Of a DNA stretch of 62,080 nt, positions 57,366-62,080 are shown piece by piece (the stretch's first letter is position 1; every line of letters starts with the position of its first letter). The notes below the pieces were generated by a model. It did not search any database, was not told the origin of the DNA, and worked only from the letters and a program-made list of their open reading frames with translations. A program made the position numbers and the translations under genes. The stretch is from a virus (Duplodnaviria; Caudoviricetes): the IMG/VR virus record IMGVR_UViG_3300043568_002015, positions 1 through 62,080 of that record; one strand, 5' to 3'.

Positions 57366-60300
57366 ATGGCAATAGGACGAATTTCCGGCCCAATGTTATA
57401 CAGCAACCTGGATCGCCAGGGTGCTAATTTAACAATTGATACTGATTTAATTACATTTGATGTAATTAATCGTCGGCTGGGTGTCAATAATCTATATCCA
57501 GGGTATGATATCGATGCCCCTGGTAATGTGCGGCTAGCCAATATCATAGTATCAGGCAATACCATAACCAGCAATACTGGTAAAATTGGACTGGGTAGTA
57601 TTGGTAATTTAGTAGTCACTGGCGGCGTTGCAAACAACATTGTCGTCACTGACGGATTGGGCAATTTAAGTTTTGTAACTGTAGCATCATTGACAGGTGC
57701 TATCATTGGTAATGCTATAGCAATAGGAATACCAACTGATGGTAATCTGACCTCCAATGTGGGATATGATGGTTGGTTATCAACTACCACTGTGACTGAT
57801 GCCATAGATAATTTGAATCAAATGTCATTGAATATTGGCCAGGGTACATTTGTTGGTAACGCACAATTCACAGCCAATATTGTAGCTGGTGCCAGTCCAC
57901 AAACAGTGAGATTTACTGGAACATACAGCGGTACCCCCAATACTTATTATTGGGATTTTGGTGACGGTACGACCAGTACCAGTGGCTCAGCAGTGACAAA
58001 AACATACAGCAACGTTCTTGGTGGTACATTTACGGTTTATTTCCGTGCCAGCAACAGCAGTGGGACCTGGGGCGGTAATGCTGCATTGGGTGCAATTGGT
58101 AGTGTTGATGATTTCACTCGCACTAACTATATCACATTATATACACCCAATCCCATACCTGCATTCACAGCCAATGTCAGTAGTCTAAACTCTGGCAACA
58201 CCATACTATTGACTGATACCAGTCAGTATGCCACCAGCTATAACATTTTCTGGGGCGATGGCACTACTGTTAGTAACTTGGCAGTGGCAGGAACACAACG
58301 TCATACATATACCAATTCGGGCGGTGATACTACGTATAGTATCATTCTCCAGGCCAACAGCAGTACTGCTGGACCAACTGTGGTATCAGTTAACAGCGCA
58401 CCCACAACTGAAAAAGTCTACAGCACACATACACCCAGTATTACGGCCAACGTCTCTAGAGTAATTAACTGGGAAGCCAACGGTGGTGGCACAGTGGGTT
58501 ATACTAACACCACAGCCACCAGTCCCGGATCAGCAGCAACATTTGGTGCTCAACAGGTATATCAATATTGGTGGAGCGACGGTACAGCCAACAGCAACGT
58601 GGCCATTGGTTCAGCATCATCTGGCGATACCAGTCAGACCATCGCACATACATACACCATAAGTACAGCACAACAGATTGCTGGCAATACAGTGACTTAT
58701 TATAGTCTATTGAAATTATACAACGGCCATAGTTCGACTCCATTTACTAGTACCAATGTTAGTATCATTGTTGAACCCAGTGTGCGTAGTAACATACAGG
58801 CACGTGCCAACATCGTCAGTGATGCAACTGGCGATACTGCACGTAGTGGATATATTTTCACTGATTATAACAACTATGATCGTGCATTGTTTACTTTTGA
58901 TACGGCAGCTCAACACGCCACTGTGTATAACTGGGGTTGGGGTGATGGTTCGGACTCAGGCAACCTTAGTGAGGGCGCAGCTGGTACCACAACTGGTGCC
59001 AATATTACTCATGCGTATACTGCAACTGGTAGCAAAACAGCCAATCTGACTGTATTCGGTACACCAGGAACTCTAGCGCAAAGCAACAGTAAATCACTGA
59101 CCATCACCATTAACAGCAACCCTGCAACACCTGGTAATCTCAGCACCAAGACATTGACCATGAGTAGTGCTAGCCAGGGCACTGGCCCATTGTTGGCAGC
59201 GGGTGCCCGCGATAACACCAGCGGTAACATTGCTGCCAATGCCTCATCAGTGACACGATATACCAGTACTACACCAATCGTAACCAGCACAATTACACAG
59301 GCCAACAGCTCTGTTTCTGGTACTTTGACCGCAGTGGTCAACGGTACAGGTGATGGTAATACATCATTTAGTACTGGTACCAATGCAACAGGTACATATA
59401 CCAGCTTGGTAGTTTCTGCTGATGCAGATGCCCATAGTGCAATAGCAGCAACGTATCCCAGTGGATTCTATAAAGTATTCAGCGCACATTCCAGCAAAGC
59501 TCTAATCGGATTTGGTCTGGGCTATAACGATGTCAATCTAAATCACAGCGCGGCCGGAAAAACCAATAATATTGGATTTGTCAAAGACGACGTAACCAGT
59601 GTACCAACTTTGGTAACCAGTGGTGTTACCATGTCCAATGTGGCAGCGACCACTATACGTTATATATCTGGTGTTCCTTACTATCAAGCAGGTGGAAACG
59701 TTGTCATACAAGGGCTGCAAGCATACAATTGGATTGGCCAGACTTATACCAGTTCAACACCATTTAGCATTGCGGCCAATGCCACTCTGGCAGAAAGTAC
59801 AACTGGTACTATTGCCACAACGCAGACAAAAACTTACGCACAGTTAGATGGCTCAACCACATATCTATTCAGCGGTACACCCAAGGCCAATACTGGTAAT
59901 ACCATCACTAACAGCTATACATTTGGTAATATATATCTGAGTGTAAACGGAACAGCAGCCGCAGTGGGCAACGTAAGTGCTACATTGACCAGTGTCAACG
60001 GAGCAAGTACAGCGGTATCATTGCCAGCATTGATCAATGTCTACAGCAGTACGTATTCAGGATTTGATGAGACCAGCATCGGATGTCTGGCTGGTACAGC
60101 CAACAGCACAGTGGCCAAACGTGTGACATTGTACAGCAGCAATATTACCACTCCTGTATATGCCAATACCAGTACTAACTATTACACAGCCAACACCTGG
60201 ACTGGGTCACAAACTGTGGCTAATACCAGCGAAGCTATTTTACGCTGGGGTAATTTAAAAGTAAATACGACTAACTACAGTGCTGGCTACTTGCCACCTG

Positions 60301-60719
60301 GTCCAAATTTAGCAGTATCTGGTGGACGAACAACCACACAAAACTTTAAAATTGCGTTTCAGCGTCCCATCATGCAGAACTTTAAGTTCATATTTACTGG
60401 ACGACTTGCTGGACTATATGTGGCAGCACCTGGAACCAAATTGACAGACACCGCCAGTACGCTAAATGGTTGGATGAATGCCAATGTGGCATACGGTGGT
60501 GCAGGTTATCCTGGTGATAACGTAGCAGCCGGTGGTAATGGTAACCCTGGCTGTGCAGTGGGAACGACGGTACCAACCAGCACTTTTGTCAGTAATGTAG
60601 CGTATACTTTAACTTTAGGATCAGCAGATTTGAGCAACAGCGCCATACATCAATGTTTACTTAACGTAGTGTTAGGTCCCAATGATTTTATAAGTAATAT
60701 TTGGATAGGATCGGCATAA
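57366..60719 (+). CDS. PKD-domain virion protein (adhesin/fibre-like)
   Basis: MAIGRISG start; PKD motifs WDFGDG, FWGDG, WWSDG, WGWGDG. Confidence 0.8.
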   Translation: MAIGRISGPMLYSNLDRQGANLTIDTDLITFDVINRRLGVNNLYPGYDIDAPGNVRLANIIVSGNTITSNTGKIGLGSIGNLVVTGGVANNIVVTDGLGNLSFVTVASLTGAIIGNAIAIGIPTDGNLTSNVGYDGWLSTTTVTDAIDNLNQMSLNIGQGTFVGNAQFTANIVAGASPQTVRFTGTYSGTPNTYYWDFGDGTTSTSGSAVTKTYSNVLGGTFTVYFRASNSSGTWGGNAALGAIGSVDDFTRTNYITLYTPNPIPAFTANVSSLNSGNTILLTDTSQYATSYNIFWGDGTTVSNLAVAGTQRHTYTNSGGDTTYSIILQANSSTAGPTVVSVNSAPTTEKVYSTHTPSITANVSRVINWEANGGGTVGYTNTTATSPGSAATFGAQQVYQYWWSDGTANSNVAIGSASSGDTSQTIAHTYTISTAQQIAGNTVTYYSLLKLYNGHSSTPFTSTNVSIIVEPSVRSNIQARANIVSDATGDTARSGYIFTDYNNYDRALFTFDTAAQHATVYNWGWGDGSDSGNLSEGAAGTTTGANITHAYTATGSKTANLTVFGTPGTLAQSNSKSLTITINSNPATPGNLSTKTLTMSSASQGTGPLLAAGARDNTSGNIAANASSVTRYTSTTPIVTSTITQANSSVSGTLTAVVNGTGDGNTSFSTGTNATGTYTSLVVSADADAHSAIAATYPSGFYKVFSAHSSKALIGFGLGYNDVNLNHSAAGKTNNIGFVKDDVTSVPTLVTSGVTMSNVAATTIRYISGVPYYQAGGNVVIQGLQAYNWIGQTYTSSTPFSIAANATLAESTTGTIATTQTKTYAQLDGSTTYLFSGTPKANTGNTITNSYTFGNIYLSVNGTAAAVGNVSATLTSVNGASTAVSLPALINVYSSTYSGFDETSIGCLAGTANSTVAKRVTLYSSNITTPVYANTSTNYYTANTWTGSQTVANTSEAILRWGNLKVNTTNYSAGYLPPGPNLAVSGGRTTTQNFKIAFQRPIMQNFKFIFTGRLAGLYVAAPGTKLTDTASTLNGWMNANVAYGGAGYPGDNVAAGGNGNPGCAVGTTVPTSTFVSNVAYTLTLGSADLSNSAIHQCLLNVVLGPNDFISNIWIGSA

Positions 60720-62080
60720 TGGCTATTTCAGACAGTCAAAAAGTTGACCTCCTTTATAAAAAAATCGCTTGGGCAGTGGCCAAGACGGACACCAATCCGC
60801 CTAAGGAAGCATACAACGAAACCAATCCCAGCCCATTACTAATTCGTGGCGACGTACTATGGCAATTGTCCGGTAGCATACCTGCCAGTATTCCTGCAGC
60901 AACTTCCAGTATTGTTCAGGTCTACAAAGATGGTGGCGGTAGTTATAGTGCCACTGTGGAATGTACCGAATTGGCAGTTACGGATAACCGTACCTGGAGC
61001 ACTGGATCAACTGATTGGATTTCACAAGAATTTGGCAGTACATATTTTGTAAAAGTCTATATTGATAACACTGGTAGTACCACTCCTCAGACCACTGGTA
61101 CATCGTTACAGGCAGCAGGTGTAAACGATGACCAATGGTTCTTCGATTATCAAGCAGGTATTCTGAACTTCATTGGTACCAATTTACCCACAGCTATAGC
61201 AACTGGTGTAGTTGGTAAAAGTATTTTTATCAGTGGTGCTCGCTATGTTGGCCCCAAGGGTGTAACCAGCTGGAGCGATGGACTAACCATTGGTAATGTC
61301 GTTATCAACGGTAATACCATCACAGGCAACACTGGTGTGACTTTCGGTGGTAATATCACCACAGCCAACATTATATTAACCAATAATCTGTTCTGGAGCA
61401 ATGGTGTTAGTGCATTGGCTCCCACATACGGGAATACGCAAGTAGCGCAATATTTGCCAGTATACGGTGGAAATATTTCTGCTTCCAATGTGACCATAAC
61501 CGTAACTTCCACTGGTACATTGGCAGTCAGTTCCACTGCCAATATAACAGGCAACGTCAGCATTGCTGCCAACCTGTCAGTAACTGGTAACATTTACGGC
61601 AACTTAGCACCCGGATCTAATATCACTGCCAGCCAGAACCAATTGTATGTGGCTAAAAACGGCAGCGATAGCAACAATGGCACAATCAACGCACCTTTCC
61701 TGACCATCAAGGCAGCACTGGCAGCGGCTGGGGCCATTACCTCAGCCACTGGCGTCAGCGTAAACGTTGCACCTGGATCATATACCGAAGACAATCCAGT
61801 AACCATCCCAGCCAAAGTAGCATTGATGGGCGACAATCTACGTAACGTCTCAGTAATTCCACAAACACCCAACGCAGATTTATTCTATGTGACCAATGGA
61901 TGTTATGTCTGGGGCATAACCATCAGGGATTACACAGCCAATGGATTTAGCTATAGTTCCAGTACCAGCAGCCAAAACGTATTCGTCAGCCCATACATAC
62001 AAAACTTGACCAGCGCCACAACAACAGGTACCGCAGTGATGATTGACGGTAATTACACCAGCAGTATCAGTACCAAGGCC
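60719..62080 (+). CDS. Tail fibre/spike with a pectin-lyase-like beta-helix start, truncated by the window edge (missing from the ORF track)
   Basis: ATG overlaps the upstream TAA; MAISDSQKVDLLYKK...; LYVAKNGSDSNNGTINAPFLTIKAAL...VAPGSYTE. Confidence 0.75.
   Translation, partial: MAISDSQKVDLLYKKIAWAVAKTDTNPPKEAYNETNPSPLLIRGDVLWQLSGSIPASIPAATSSIVQVYKDGGGSYSATVECTELAVTDNRTWSTGSTDWISQEFGSTYFVKVYIDNTGSTTPQTTGTSLQAAGVNDDQWFFDYQAGILNFIGTNLPTAIATGVVGKSIFISGARYVGPKGVTSWSDGLTIGNVVINGNTITGNTGVTFGGNITTANIILTNNLFWSNGVSALAPTYGNTQVAQYLPVYGGNISASNVTITVTSTGTLAVSSTANITGNVSIAANLSVTGNIYGNLAPGSNITASQNQLYVAKNGSDSNNGTINAPFLTIKAALAAAGAITSATGVSVNVAPGSYTEDNPVTIPAKVALMGDNLRNVSVIPQTPNADLFYVTNGCYVWGITIRDYTANGFSYSSSTSSQNVFVSPYIQNLTSATTTGTAVMIDGNYTSSISTKA

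Noticed and set aside
1-62080. Genome-wide TAG reassignment (genetic code 15)
   Set aside because: Code-11 ORFs tile the window, including a 4272-aa ORF. I found only one internal TAG, and several genes end properly at TAG.

Overview
A 62-kb segment of a large T4-like (myovirus) phage genome, with no host DNA evident. Minus strand, 1-37.7 kb: a glycosyltransferase-like cluster, tail-fibre/baseplate proteins, a Gly-rich/Hint/2OG-oxygenase module, a 4272-aa baseplate protein, gp6, gp25, a multi-enzyme gp5-like spike, and gp27-, gp53- and gp48/54-like genes. Plus strand, 37.8-43.8 kb: gp55-like late sigma factor, gp47/gp46, a radical SAM protein and a GIY-YIG nuclease, followed by about 500 nt of hairpin-rich non-coding sequence. 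Then gp51/gp26-like genes (minus), a tape-measure-like gene, portal, prohead core, protease, scaffold and major capsid protein, and more virion/fibre genes. The top finding is an inverted, self-contained transcription unit at 54515-55259. It has a promoter, a tRNA with a CUA (amber suppressor) anticodon, and 15 nt later a gene reading ATG-CAA-TAG-ATT..., so the amber codon is at codon 3 of an otherwise open 195-codon frame. The rest of the window uses the standard code, so this looks like a local suppressor-tRNA-gated gene rather than genome-wide recoding. Also notable: a probable ATT start on the late sigma factor gene, a Gly-rich gene apparently split by a Hint + oxygenase insertion, and a spike protein with four candidate cell-envelope-degrading domains. 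All annotations come from reading motifs by eye; no database searches were run.
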